From NCBI GenBank assembly GCA_934086815.1, contig CAKOIM010000003.1, positions 6,805 through 70,804 of the forward strand: a stretch of 64,000 nucleotides of DNA, given 5' to 3'. The position numbers were made by a program, and so were the translations under genes. The DNA is from an uncultured Bacilli bacterium. GTDB taxonomy: Bacteria > Bacillota_I > Bacilli_A > RF39 > UBA660. The notes under the pieces were generated by a model. It was not told the origin of the DNA. It searched no databases and saw nothing but the letters and a program-made list of their open reading frames with translations. Shown here piece by piece: positions 1 through 10,389 of the stretch (positions are counted from its first letter, which is position 1; the number at the start of each line of letters is the position of its first letter).

Positions 1-648
1 TCTTTAGGTATAATAACAAGCGTTGCCCCAGTTTTTAAAGCTGTATATATATCTTTTACAGATACATCAAAATCAAATGGAGCTTGATTACCAATTACAT
101 CTTTATCAGTAAAATTAAATGTAGTTGTAAAGTTTTCTATAAAATCTATAATTGACCTGTTACTAACTAAAACTCCCTTTGGCACCCCGGTAGACCCACT
201 TGTAAAATTAGCATAAACGGGATCTACATCAACCATATTTTTTCTAACACTTAATAGTTTTTCTTCATCTATTTTAGTATTAATAATATCTTCATATAGA
301 TATATTTCTTTATCTGAAAAATATGTACGGGCCATTTCTTCATTTTCTTTATCTGTTATTAAATAATTTACCTCTAAAACACTCATTATTTGATCTAATC
401 TACTTTTAGGTAATGAAGTATTTAGTAAACTATAAAATCCTCCGGCATATAAAATTCCTAAAAATGTTCCTAAAGTTTCTTTGCTTTTTTCCATAAAAAC
501 AGGAACTGGATCATTCTTATTAATTTTATCAACTAAAAAGCTCCCTATTTTTTTCGAGTTTTCTAACAATATTTCATAACTAATCGCCCCATTTTTATCC
601 ACGATTAAATTGTTACTTTTATTATTTTCTAAATATTCTAAAACACAT
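1..648 (-). CDS. dltA: D-alanine--D-alanyl carrier protein ligase (adenylate-forming, AMP-binding) N-terminal part; the gene continues beyond the window start
   Basis: Minus-strand translation from ATG at 646-648: MKCVLEYLENN...ANFTSGSTGVPKGVLVS...GNQAPFDFDVSVKDIY. This contains the TSGSTGxPKG core and the NQAPF(S)FD motif typical of DltA. Confidence 0.7.
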
Positions 649-708
649 TTCATTTTAACACCTGCTCACATTATAAATCATTTTTATTAAATATATCTTT
701 ATGTTTTC

Positions 709-2268
709 TTAAGATTTCTTAAGATTTATCCTAAATTCTGTTTTCAAATTCTTTTTCTTCTTTGAAATTAATCTAATATTTCCCCCATGAAGAAGTACAA
801 TAGATTTTACTATAGACATTCCAAGACCTAAACCAGAACCTGAAGTTCTTGCATCATCCCCAGTTACAAAAGGCTCAAACAAAGTTTTACTTAATTTTTT
901 TGAAATGCCACATCCATCATCACCAATAAATATATTAACATCATTTTTATTTTCAACAATACTAAAATATATCTTTGTCCCTTCTTTATTATATTTAATA
1001 GCATTATTTATCAAATTATCATAAACCCTTTTAAACTCTTTTTCATCAATATTTACCCATATTGCTCTTGTCGGAATACTAACTTCTAGTTGCATATTAT
1101 TAAATTCTATTTCATCATATTTTAAAGCCAAGTACTCTTTTGAAAATTTACATATATCAACTCTTTCTTTATTTAATTCATATTTAGGATGCTCTAACTT
1201 TGCATATGCACATAAATCATCTATTAATTCTACAGTTAAATTGCATTTATTATTTATTATTTGCATATACTCATTTATTCTATCCTTTGGTACAACACCA
1301 TCAATAAAAGCTTTGGAATAACCCTTAATTACTGTTAAAGGTGTTTTTAAATCATGTGATAAATTAGCAATTACCTTTTGTTTTTCTAAATAACCACTTT
1401 CTTTTTCTTTTTCAGCTTTATCAAGCTTATGCATTAATTCATCAAAACTATTTACAACGCTTTGAAACTCTTTTGGCAATAAAATATCTTCTTTAGTTTG
1501 ATAGTTACTAATTTTTCTTTTCAAAACACTTAAATTAGCTTTTAATTTTTTATTAAAAAAATATGTCTCAATTAAAACAATTAACAAAATAAAAGGAAGC
1601 GATAAAGCCCACATTTGTCTAGAATCCTTAATAGCTTCATCATAACTTTTTGAACTAACACTAGGCATAGAAAACAATAAAATTCTTATATTCCCATCGT
1701 TATCTTCATATGTATATTTTTCAATTACTTTATCACTTTTATATATTCCCTTTATTAAATCTATTTCTTCTTGCGTTAATTTTTCTTTATCTTGTAATAT
1801 GTTTCCTCCGGTAATTTTCAAATCGTCATTAAGAATCGCATACCCAAGCATTAATTCTTCCCCATTATCATCTAAAGTATTTTGAAATAATACATAACTA
1901 TATTTATTATCAACATCATAAGTATATATTGAATAATAAGTATTATCATAATAATCATTTATAAAATTTATCTCATCTTTATCTATTACTTTTGTTATTT
2001 CATCATTTGAACTATATAATACATTTTTATCTTCATCATAAACAGCAAAACTACAATTTTTCATTTTTTCAATTGGTATATTTCCATAATCTTCACTCTT
2101 TAAATATTCTTCATATATTAATATATCATCAAAAACTACAAAACTATGATCAAGTTTCCAATTAACAAGTAAACTAATTAAAAAACATACCACTACAATT
2201 AATGTTGCACAAATTAAGAATTGCAATAAGCAAATATTTATAAAACTATATCCTTTATTTGTTTTCAA
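709..2268 (-). CDS. Sensor histidine kinase (HisKA + HATPase_c) with N-terminal TM/extracellular domain
   Basis: H-box LSHDLKTPLTVIKGY; G-boxes GDDGCGISKK and GSGLGLGMSIVKSIV. Confidence 0.85.
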   Translation of the reverse strand: MKTNKGYSFINICLLQFLICATLIVVVCFLISLLVNWKLDHSFVVFDDILIYEEYLKSEDYGNIPIEKMKNCSFAVYDEDKNVLYSSNDEITKVIDKDEINFINDYYDNTYYSIYTYDVDNKYSYVLFQNTLDDNGEELMLGYAILNDDLKITGGNILQDKEKLTQEEIDLIKGIYKSDKVIEKYTYEDNDGNIRILLFSMPSVSSKSYDEAIKDSRQMWALSLPFILLIVLIETYFFNKKLKANLSVLKRKISNYQTKEDILLPKEFQSVVNSFDELMHKLDKAEKEKESGYLEKQKVIANLSHDLKTPLTVIKGYSKAFIDGVVPKDRINEYMQIINNKCNLTVELIDDLCAYAKLEHPKYELNKERVDICKFSKEYLALKYDEIEFNNMQLEVSIPTRAIWVNIDEKEFKRVYDNLINNAIKYNKEGTKIYFSIVENKNDVNIFIGDDGCGISKKLSKTLFEPFVTGDDARTSGSGLGLGMSIVKSIVLLHGGNIRLISKKKKNLKTEFRINLKKS

Positions 2269-2938
2269 ATTTATAACCTAACCCCCTTACGGTTTTAATA
2301 TATATGGGATTTGCGGGATTATCCTCTATCTTACTTCGAATATTGGAAATATGAACCATCATTGTATTATCATCTATTTCATAGTAATCACCATTTAAAC
2401 ATTCGTATAATTGAGACCTTGTAAAAACTTTTCCCGGGCTTTGCATCATACATGCAATAATTTTAATTTCTGTAGATGTTAAGGGAATAATTCTATCATT
2501 CTTTTTTAAAATGAATTTATCTAAGTCTAACTTTAATTCCTTAACTGTAATAACTCTTTTATCAAGTTCAAATTCATAATATCTTCTTATTATTGTTTTA
2601 ACATAGGCAACAACTTCTAACGGATTAAAAGGTTTTGTTATGTATAAATCTGCTCCTATATCTAATCCAAGTATTTTATCACTGTCCATATTCTTTGCAG
2701 ATATAATTATAATAGGTATATTAGTAAATAAACGAGCCTCTTTTATAAGTTCATATCCATTTTTTAAAGGAAGCATTAAATCAGCAAGTAAAATATCATA
2801 CGTATTTCTTTTTAGCATATCTAAAGCACTTTCTCCATCACTTACACTATCTACAATAAAACCATTATTCTCTAAATATAATTTTAAAAGTTCAATAATA
2901 TCTATATCATCTTCAGCTATTAATATTTTATTATGCAT
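2255..2938 (-). CDS. OmpR-family response regulator (REC + winged-helix)
   Basis: MHNKILIAEDD...DLMLP receiver motifs; C-terminal YIKTVRGLGYKF. Overlaps the upstream kinase, suggesting an operon. Confidence 0.85.
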   Translation of the reverse strand: MHNKILIAEDDIDIIELLKLYLENNGFIVDSVSDGESALDMLKRNTYDILLADLMLPLKNGYELIKEARLFTNIPIIIISAKNMDSDKILGLDIGADLYITKPFNPLEVVAYVKTIIRRYYEFELDKRVITVKELKLDLDKFILKKNDRIIPLTSTEIKIIACMMQSPGKVFTRSQLYECLNGDYYEIDDNTMMVHISNIRSKIEDNPANPIYIKTVRGLGYKFENK

Positions 2939-3003
2939 ATAACGCCTCCCTAAATAAGTCTATTATAACAAAAAAAGCTAGATAATAAAATCTAACTTTA
3001 TCA

Positions 3004-5277
3004 TTATAATTCAAATTGTGAATTATACAATTCTTTGTAAAATCCATTTTGCTTCATTAAATCTTCATGATTACCTTGTTCAATAATATTTCCATCTTTC
3101 ATAACTAGTATTAAATCAGCATTTTTTATTGTGGATAATCTGTGTGCAATTATAAACGAAGTTCTACCCTCAGTTAATTTATCCATAGCTTTTTGCACCA
3201 ATTCTTCCGTACGCGTATCTACATTACTAGTTGCTTCATCTAAAATTAAAAAAGGAGTATTTTGCATCATAGCACGAGCAATAGTTAATAATTGTCTTTG
3301 TCCGGCAGAAATTGACTCATTATCGCTAAGTACTGTATCATAGCCATTTGACAATGTTTTAATAAAATGGTCTAAACCAACAGTTTTACATATACTTCGG
3401 ACATCATAATCGTTTACATCCTTATGATTATAAACGATGTTTTCTTTAATACTGCCTTCAAAAACCCAAGTGTCTTGTAATACCATAGTAAATAAATCAT
3501 GTATATTACTTCTTGTTAAATCCTTAGTTGAAACATTATCAATTAGGATATCTCCGGAATTAATATCATAAAACTTCATTAACAAATTAACAATTGTCGT
3601 CTTACCTGCTCCAGTCGGACCAACAATAGCAACTTTTTGACCAGGTGTTGCTTTAGCACTAAAATCTTTTATTGTAGGATTTTCATTACCATCATATTTA
3701 AACACAACATTTTTAAATTCAATATTTCCTTTTACTTTATCTTTATCTAAATGTTTCACTAAATTATCTTCCGAAGACATTTCTACTTCATCTAAAAACG
3801 CAAATACTCTCTCAGATGCGGCTGCTGTTGATTGAAGACTAGTCATAGCTTGAGCAATTTGTGTAAGAGGTGATGTAAATAGTCTAACATATGTTATAAA
3901 TGCTACAATTACTCCAAAACTAATATGTCCATTAATTGCAAGTAATGCTCCAACAATACATACGGCAACATAACCAAAATTACCAATAAAACTCATCATA
4001 GGCATCATTAAACCAGATAAAAATTGACTCTTCCAGTTTGATTCATATAAATTATTGTTTAGTTTTTCAAATTTTTCATAAGCAGAATCTATTCCATTAT
4101 ATGTTTTAACAACATTTAAACCAGAGTAAATTTCTTCAATATGTCCATTTAATTTCCCTAGTTCACTTTGCTTAGCAACAAAATATTTTTGTGATTTTCC
4201 AAGAACTACAAACATAAATATAAAACCAATAAGACTAGCACCTATGGCAGTTAAAGCCATTATAGCATTTGTTGCAAACATCATAATTAATGTCCCAACG
4301 AATAATGTAATTGCACTTACTAATGTCGATAGTGATTGATTCATTGATTGTGCTATAGTATCTACATCATTTGTTACTCTTGACAATGTATCTCCATTAG
4401 CATGACTATCAAAGTATTTAAGCGGTAACTTATTAATCTTTTTAGATATATTATTTCTTAATTTACGAGCAAAATTATTAGAAACACTAGTCATCGTTAT
4501 TGCTTCAATATAATTAAATAATGCACTTACCAAATAAATTGTTACTAGTATTAAAGCAATTTTATTAACCTTGTTAATATTCATTTCAGACTTTACTAAT
4601 TTTTGTATACTTTCTGGCGCATCATCTATTTTTTTATAAATATCCTTAACATTTGCATCTTCGCCTAATGAGCTAAATTGCTCTAAATATTTTGCTTGAT
4701 CTATTTTAGATATTATAGTTCCATCAATTTCTAAGTCCGTAAAAATATAGTTAGCTACACTTGTAGGAATTTCTATATTTGTATTTAAACTTTTTATAAA
4801 TGTAATTTTATCATCAATACTTATAACTTCACTTTCCACAAGTACTTTTCTTAATATTGATTCCGGTATATTAGCTAAATCTTTCATTGCATCTTTTGAT
4901 GAATTCATATTTTTGATTATATTTTGAAACTCATTAAGATCTTTAGGATTTATACTAGAATCAGCCATTAAAAGCATCATTTTTTTATCGCTTAAATCCA
5001 TAGCAAATACTTTTTTTGCTTTATCACCGCTTAAAGATGATGAAATATCCGTAGATATTTTTTCTAAATTATCTTTATTCACTACTAGACCATCAGATAT
5101 TGTATCAGTTAAGTTTGACAAAATATTAGGAGTAAAAATAGTTAATATTGATCCTAATACGGCAAGAGTTAAAGCTATAGCAATTAATTTTTTAAACCCA
5201 TGTAATTCTTTAAACAATCTTTTTATTGCTATTTTAAAATCTTTAGCTTTTTGATTTCCCATAGTTCTCTTAGGCAT
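3004..5277 (-). CDS. ABC transporter ATP-binding/permease (exporter-type half transporter)
   Basis: Walker A GPTGAGKTT, signature LSAGQRQ, Walker B ILDEATS; N-terminal 6-TM domain. Confidence 0.85.
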   Translation of the reverse strand: MPKRTMGNQKAKDFKIAIKRLFKELHGFKKLIAIALTLAVLGSILTIFTPNILSNLTDTISDGLVVNKDNLEKISTDISSSLSGDKAKKVFAMDLSDKKMMLLMADSSINPKDLNEFQNIIKNMNSSKDAMKDLANIPESILRKVLVESEVISIDDKITFIKSLNTNIEIPTSVANYIFTDLEIDGTIISKIDQAKYLEQFSSLGEDANVKDIYKKIDDAPESIQKLVKSEMNINKVNKIALILVTIYLVSALFNYIEAITMTSVSNNFARKLRNNISKKINKLPLKYFDSHANGDTLSRVTNDVDTIAQSMNQSLSTLVSAITLFVGTLIMMFATNAIMALTAIGASLIGFIFMFVVLGKSQKYFVAKQSELGKLNGHIEEIYSGLNVVKTYNGIDSAYEKFEKLNNNLYESNWKSQFLSGLMMPMMSFIGNFGYVAVCIVGALLAINGHISFGVIVAFITYVRLFTSPLTQIAQAMTSLQSTAAASERVFAFLDEVEMSSEDNLVKHLDKDKVKGNIEFKNVVFKYDGNENPTIKDFSAKATPGQKVAIVGPTGAGKTTIVNLLMKFYDINSGDILIDNVSTKDLTRSNIHDLFTMVLQDTWVFEGSIKENIVYNHKDVNDYDVRSICKTVGLDHFIKTLSNGYDTVLSDNESISAGQRQLLTIARAMMQNTPFLILDEATSNVDTRTEELVQKAMDKLTEGRTSFIIAHRLSTIKNADLILVMKDGNIIEQGNHEDLMKQNGFYKELYNSQFEL

Positions 5278-7036
5278 TTTCTAATTCCTCCTTTGATAAT
5301 TGTGACAAAGCAATTTCTTTATATACTTCACAACTTTTTAATAGTTCTTTATGAGTTCCCATTCCTACACATTCACCATTATCTAAAACAAGTATTTTAT
5401 TAGCATTCATAATAGTTCCAATTCTTTGAGCCACAATTAAACTAGTTGCATCACTAGCATATTTTTTTAAATTCTTTCTTAATACAGCATCAGTCTTATA
5501 ATCTAACGCTGAAAACGAATCATCAAAAATAAATATTTCCGGATTCTTAGCAATTGCCCGAGCAATAGATAACCTTTGTTTTTGCCCTCCAGAAACATTC
5601 GTTCCCCCTTGAGCAATATGTGTTTCATACCCATCATCCATATTTAATATAAATTCTTGAGCTTGAGCAATTAAAGCCGCGGACTTAACCGTTTCATCCG
5701 TCTTTTCATTTTTACTTTCACCATATCTAATATTGTAATCTATCGTACCATCAAACATTACAGCTTTTTGTGAAACATATCCTATTTTTTTGTATAATGT
5801 TTCAAGTTTATAATCTTTAACATTAATTCCATCAACCAAAATTTCTCCTTCTGTTACATCATAAAATCTAACAATTAAATTTAGCAAAGTAGATTTACCA
5901 GAACCAGTCGAACCAATAAACGCAACAGTTTCTCCTTTATTAGCCTTAAATGATACATTTTTAATTAAATACTCTTCCGCATCCGGATATTTAAATGAAA
6001 CATTTCTAAACTCAACCGTACCTATTTCTTCGGTATTAATTTTTGCATATTTCCCATCTTTAACACTTATTTCCGTATCTAAAACCTCATTAATTCTATT
6101 CGCAGAAACTTGAGCTCTTGGTAAAATCATAAAAATCATCGCTAACATTAAGAAAGCCATAATAATTTGCATCGCATAACTTGAAAATACTACCATATCT
6201 CCAAATAATGCTATTTTATCAGCCATCATTGCTTCATTTATAAGTTTAGCACCAATAAAATAAATAGATAAAGTTAACATATACATTACTAAATACATTA
6301 CCGGTGACAATATTGACATAGTTTTTTGATTAAATAATTGTAAATTAGTTAAATCATTATTTACGTTTTCAAACTTATCTTGTTGGTAATCTTCAGCATT
6401 AAAAGCTCTCACAACTCTTATACCATTTAGATTTTCTCTTGTTACACCATTTAACTTATCTGTAAGCTTTTGGACAATTTTAAACTTTGGCATAACAAGC
6501 ATTACTAAAATACCAATAACACTTAGTAAAATAACAACAGCAACAGCTGTTACGGCGCTCCATTCCCAACTTTTATTTAATATCTTAGTAATAGCCCATA
6601 TCGCTGTAATCGGAGCTTTCAATAATAATTGTAAACCCATACCAATAAACATTTCTACTTGTGTTACATCATTTGTTGTTCTAGTAATTAAACTATTCGT
6701 AGAAAAATTTTTAATTTCACTCATAGATAGATTTTCTACCTTATTAAAGATTTTATTTCTTAATTTTTTTGAAAAACCAGCAGATAACTTAGCAATTATA
6801 AACCCTACAATAAATGCTCCAAGTAAACTTCCAAAAGCGCAAAGTAACATATATCCACCATTTTTCAAAATATCACTCATTTTACTACCCTCAGTTTCCA
6901 CTAAAACAGTAATTTGTGACATATAATCTGGCATTTTCAAATCTAACCAAACTTGCATAAATATCAATACTAAACTAATTCCAATAATTAACCAGTCTTT
7001 TTTTGTAAAATTCTTTATTAATTTTAACATAATCAT
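5270..7036 (-). CDS. ABC transporter ATP-binding/permease (heterodimer partner)
   Basis: GSTGSGKST, LSGGQKQRLSIARA, IFIFDDSFSALD; 8-bp overlap with the partner. Confidence 0.85.
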   Translation of the reverse strand: MIMLKLIKNFTKKDWLIIGISLVLIFMQVWLDLKMPDYMSQITVLVETEGSKMSDILKNGGYMLLCAFGSLLGAFIVGFIIAKLSAGFSKKLRNKIFNKVENLSMSEIKNFSTNSLITRTTNDVTQVEMFIGMGLQLLLKAPITAIWAITKILNKSWEWSAVTAVAVVILLSVIGILVMLVMPKFKIVQKLTDKLNGVTRENLNGIRVVRAFNAEDYQQDKFENVNNDLTNLQLFNQKTMSILSPVMYLVMYMLTLSIYFIGAKLINEAMMADKIALFGDMVVFSSYAMQIIMAFLMLAMIFMILPRAQVSANRINEVLDTEISVKDGKYAKINTEEIGTVEFRNVSFKYPDAEEYLIKNVSFKANKGETVAFIGSTGSGKSTLLNLIVRFYDVTEGEILVDGINVKDYKLETLYKKIGYVSQKAVMFDGTIDYNIRYGESKNEKTDETVKSAALIAQAQEFILNMDDGYETHIAQGGTNVSGGQKQRLSIARAIAKNPEIFIFDDSFSALDYKTDAVLRKNLKKYASDATSLIVAQRIGTIMNANKILVLDNGECVGMGTHKELLKSCEVYKEIALSQLSKEELENA

Positions 7037-7503
7037 TTCCCTTCTATATAATTTATTAAATTGTTTTGCATTTTATCAACAATATTATTAAACACTTTTA
7101 ATTCCTCATCACTTATATTTGTAAGTAATACTTTTTCTAATTCTAAAAACTTATCTTTTCCTTGCATAAATACATTATATGCATTTTCATTTAAGATAAT
7201 TTTTTTGCATCTTACATCATCATTACATATAACTCGTTTTATAATATCATTTCTTTCCATCGTATGTAATATTCCCGATACACTAGCGCGACTTATATTT
7301 AATACATTTTCTAAATCTTTTTGATATATATCTTCATTTTGATGAGTAAAAATATAATGCATTATTCGCATTTGACTAGGACTAGGTCCATGTAAAACTA
7401 CACATTTATCAACACTATTTATAAATTCCTTAGCAATTAATTTCTCTAAAGAATTTATTTTCCACAACACTCTACTTTCTTTCACTTTACCACCAGATAA
7501 CAA
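7033..7503 (-). CDS. MarR-family transcriptional regulator
   Basis: Winged-HTH segment LENVLNISRASVSGILHTMERNDIIKR; 4-bp overlap with the ABC operon. Confidence 0.75.
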   Translation of the reverse strand: MLSGGKVKESRVLWKINSLEKLIAKEFINSVDKCVVLHGPSPSQMRIMHYIFTHQNEDIYQKDLENVLNISRASVSGILHTMERNDIIKRVICNDDVRCKKIILNENAYNVFMQGKDKFLELEKVLLTNISDEELKVFNNIVDKMQNNLINYIEGK

Positions 7504-7552
7504 TATTACAACATATAACTAATATTGTCAAGCGCCTTACAATTATTTTTAA

Positions 7553-7580
7553 TTGACTTTTTTTAAAAAAAGAATATAAT
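7553..7580 (+). promoter_or_regulatory. Sigma-A-type promoter for the 7608 gene: TTGACT-16 nt-TATAAT, followed by RBS GGGAGG
   Basis: -35 at 7553-7558, -10 at 7575-7580. GGGAGG lies 7 nt upstream of the ATG at 7608. Confidence 0.5.
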
Positions 7581-7607
7581 AAAGTCATTGACAAAAGGGA
7601 GGAAAAT

Positions 7608-8171
7608 ATGGAAAATTATTGTAGCACATGTGTTCACTTAACTAGCGATAAAGACTGGTGGGGAGACTATTATTGTAATTATAGACAAAAATATATTAGT
7701 TCAAACAATAAAGCCTGTGAAAATTACACAAAAAAACCAGACCAAGGATATAGGCGCGCCGGTTGTTTTATTACAACTATAGTTTGTAAATTATTAGGAA
7801 TGCCTGATGACTGTGAAGTTTTAACAGCTTTAAGAGATTTTCGTGAAAATTATTTAAAAAATACTGAAGAAGGAAAAAACCTTTTAATAGTGTATGATGT
7901 AAAAGGGCCAATTATTAGTGATTGCTTAAATAATGAAAAACCAGATCTTGCAAAAAAAATAGCCAATGAAATTTTTGAAATATATTTAGAGCCATGCGTT
8001 TCAGCTTTTAAAGAAAAGGAGTATTCCAAAGCAATTAAAACGTACATAAAACTATTTATTAGATTAGAATATAGATATAAAGAATACTTAGATGGCTTAG
8101 AAATAGACTACTCTAAACCAAGAGATATAAATACTTTAGGAAAAGGCAGAATAAAACCAAGTAGAATTTAA
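7608..8171 (+). CDS. Hypothetical cysteine-rich protein (CxxC...C...C N-terminus; conserved AGCFITTIVCKLLGMPDDCEVLTALRDFRE block)
   Basis: ORF with consensus promoter, RBS and terminator. No family confidently recognised. Confidence 0.5.
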   Translation: MENYCSTCVHLTSDKDWWGDYYCNYRQKYISSNNKACENYTKKPDQGYRRAGCFITTIVCKLLGMPDDCEVLTALRDFRENYLKNTEEGKNLLIVYDVKGPIISDCLNNEKPDLAKKIANEIFEIYLEPCVSAFKEKEYSKAIKTYIKLFIRLEYRYKEYLDGLEIDYSKPRDINTLGKGRIKPSRI

Positions 8172-8190
8172 CCTACTCGGTTTTTTATTT
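8157..8190. terminator. Bidirectional rho-independent terminator between convergent genes
   Basis: Stem CCAAGTAG/CTACTCGG with loop AATTTAA. T-run follows on + (8181-8186) and T-rich run on -. Confidence 0.5.
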
Positions 8191-8646
8191 ACTTACATCA
8201 ATCCAATCTTCAAAGTTTGTTATATTTTCAAGTTCATCTATACTCAATTTAATAGCACTGTTATGACTTCCACAAGCCGGGTATACTATATCGTGTTCTT
8301 TTAATGATTTATCTAAATAAACTAAGACACCCTCATTTAATCCAAATGGGCACACACCTCCAGCTTCATGACCTATAATTTCTGCCAATTTATCATAAGG
8401 TACCATTTTAGCTTTTTCATGAAAATAATCTTTATATTTACGATTATCTATTTTTTTATCTCCAGCTACAACTATAACAATTGGTATATTATTAACAATA
8501 AATGATAACGTTTTGGCAATGCTTGCCTCATCACATCCTATCGCTTGCGCAGCTTCACTAACTGTTGCACTTGAAACCCCGAACTCCATTATATCATTTT
8601 CTCTTCCATATTTTTTCATATATTCTCTTACTTTATCTATTGCCAT
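8185..8646 (-). CDS. ybaK: YbaK/ProX-type aminoacyl-tRNA deacylase domain protein
   Basis: MAIDKVREYMKKYG...GHEAGGVCPFG...; family-typical size and motifs. Confidence 0.7.
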   Translation of the reverse strand: MAIDKVREYMKKYGRENDIMEFGVSSATVSEAAQAIGCDEASIAKTLSFIVNNIPIVIVVAGDKKIDNRKYKDYFHEKAKMVPYDKLAEIIGHEAGGVCPFGLNEGVLVYLDKSLKEHDIVYPACGSHNSAIKLSIDELENITNFEDWIDVSK

Positions 8647-9235
8647 TTTCTACCTCCACAACTTTTGTCCCAGCTATTATATCATGTATAGCGCGACTAT
8701 CTTTTCTAAATATAAATACTAAAAAGTTACTATACAAAAACATGTATCCAATAATATTAATTGCAATAGAACTTATTAAAAATACTTTACTACTTAAAAT
8801 AAAGGCTAAAACAATTATTAAAATAGTTACAAACAAATTATATAAAAAAATCGTTCTTAAAACATACCTATAAATACTTGGACTCTTTTCTTCTTTATCA
8901 ACAACTTTTAAACCAAATATTTTCTTACCTAAAGATTGATCTTTATTCCATTTTTGAAAACCTACAAAATAAAGTAAATAACAAATCATTGACATAACAC
9001 TTACGAAACTACCATATTTTATAACATTTTGATAAGAAATTAAATAATCTTGATTCTTATAAATATCACTTACATTATCAACATTAGTGTTGTCCATTAC
9101 ATCTTGATATACCTCATAATTATCTAAATATTTATCATAATAAGGATTAATTACTTTAATTTGTGAAAACATAATAACTAATACACTTATAAAAAAATAA
9201 TCAATTAAATATGCACCAATTCTTTTATACTTCAT
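8633..9235 (-). CDS. RDD-family membrane protein
   Basis: N-terminal RIGAYLIDYFFISVLV plus three TM helices. Confidence 0.6.
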   Translation of the reverse strand: MKYKRIGAYLIDYFFISVLVIMFSQIKVINPYYDKYLDNYEVYQDVMDNTNVDNVSDIYKNQDYLISYQNVIKYGSFVSVMSMICYLLYFVGFQKWNKDQSLGKKIFGLKVVDKEEKSPSIYRYVLRTIFLYNLFVTILIIVLAFILSSKVFLISSIAINIIGYMFLYSNFLVFIFRKDSRAIHDIIAGTKVVEVENGNR

Positions 9236-9282
9236 ATTCCACCTCTTCTTAATTATACAAAAAACTTCAAAAAAAGCAAACC

Positions 9283-10389
9283 CTATGTAGTTTGCTTATT
9301 TGTTCCTAATTTAACTGTTATATCTTGTTTTTTTCCATCTCTAAATATTGTTAATTTAATCTCATCATTTATATTATTTTGATATAAATAATATCTTAAG
9401 TAAGCAACATTTTTAACTTCTTCTCCATTAATATTTGTAATAATATCATTTGATTTTAAACCTGCTTTACTAGCCGGAGAACCCTTTTCTACATCCACTA
9501 CAATAACACCACTTGAAAGATTTGATTCTTTAATTAAATCATAATATTGATATGAATAATAAGCTTTTGATAAATCTAACATAGATATACCTATATAAGG
9601 ATAATTTGCAGTTTCTCCTTTTATAATTTGTTCCGCTTTCTTTATTGCATTTTCAATAGGAATAGCAAAACCCATACCTTCAACACCACTACTAACAAGT
9701 TTTAATGATGTTATACCAATTACTTCTCCATTTGAATTACATAAAGGACCTCCACTATTTCCAGAGTTTATTGCAGCATCCGTTTGTAAAACTTTCATAA
9801 CATAATCATTTTGACTTGATTTATCCAAAGATACTTCAACCATTCTATCTTTTCCAGAAACAATACCTCTAGTAACTGTCCAAGAATATGCACTATCAAG
9901 AGGTGCTCCAACTGCAAATGCGGTATCCCCTACGCGAGTACTTTCACTTTTACCAATAGGTGCAATTTTTACATCTTCTTTAGTTTCTAAAGATAATACA
10001 GCTATATCAGCATATTGATCAGACCCAACAACTTTCGTTTCTAAAACTTTACCATCTGTAAAAGTAACAGTAACTTTATTACCACCATCTATAACATGAT
10101 GATTAGTCAAAATATAATACTTATTATCTTCTTTTTGATACACAAAACCTGTACCTGATGCGGAATAAACATTATCCTTGTATGTAGAAACTATTACAAC
10201 TGAATCATAAACTTTTTCTACCGCATCAGCTATACCAGTATCAGTAACTGTAACGTCCTTTTCTAATTTAGTTACATTTTCAGTGATAGATGTCGGAAAA
10301 AAATATACAACCGCATACATAATCAACGCCCCGATGAATAACACCATTATATAACTAACTATATTCTTTTTATTATTTATTTCATTCAT
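9283..10389 (-). CDS. htrA: Trypsin-like serine protease HtrA/DegP with C-terminal PDZ domain
   Basis: N-terminal TM anchor; catalytic triad context HHVIDG..., DIAVL, GNSGGPL; PDZ C-terminus. Confidence 0.85.
   Translation of the reverse strand: MNEINNKKNIVSYIMVLFIGALIMYAVVYFFPTSITENVTKLEKDVTVTDTGIADAVEKVYDSVVIVSTYKDNVYSASGTGFVYQKEDNKYYILTNHHVIDGGNKVTVTFTDGKVLETKVVGSDQYADIAVLSLETKEDVKIAPIGKSESTRVGDTAFAVGAPLDSAYSWTVTRGIVSGKDRMVEVSLDKSSQNDYVMKVLQTDAAINSGNSGGPLCNSNGEVIGITSLKLVSSGVEGMGFAIPIENAIKKAEQIIKGETANYPYIGISMLDLSKAYYSYQYYDLIKESNLSSGVIVVDVEKGSPASKAGLKSNDIITNINGEEVKNVAYLRYYLYQNNINDEIKLTIFRDGKKQDITVKLGTNKQTT

Noticed and set aside
2640-2942. Plus-strand ORFs nested inside minus-strand genes (2640..2942, 3131..3343, 7061..7324, 7850..8047, 8513..8873, 12762..13185, 14026..14214, 14822..15040, 16596..17867, 19829..20044, 20481..21012, 23975..24199, 24558..24770, 27499..27816, 28952..29134, 29582..29764, 30214..30438, 35031..35237, 35889..36080, 39342..39551, 43046..43315, 45334..45663, 49064..49513, 50194..50496, 53159..53679, 56185..56457, 60308..60721, 61934..62128)
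   Set aside because: Low-complexity Ile/Leu/Phe/Ser-rich translations typical of the antisense strand of AT-rich genes. Each overlaps a well-supported gene on the opposite strand and has no RBS.
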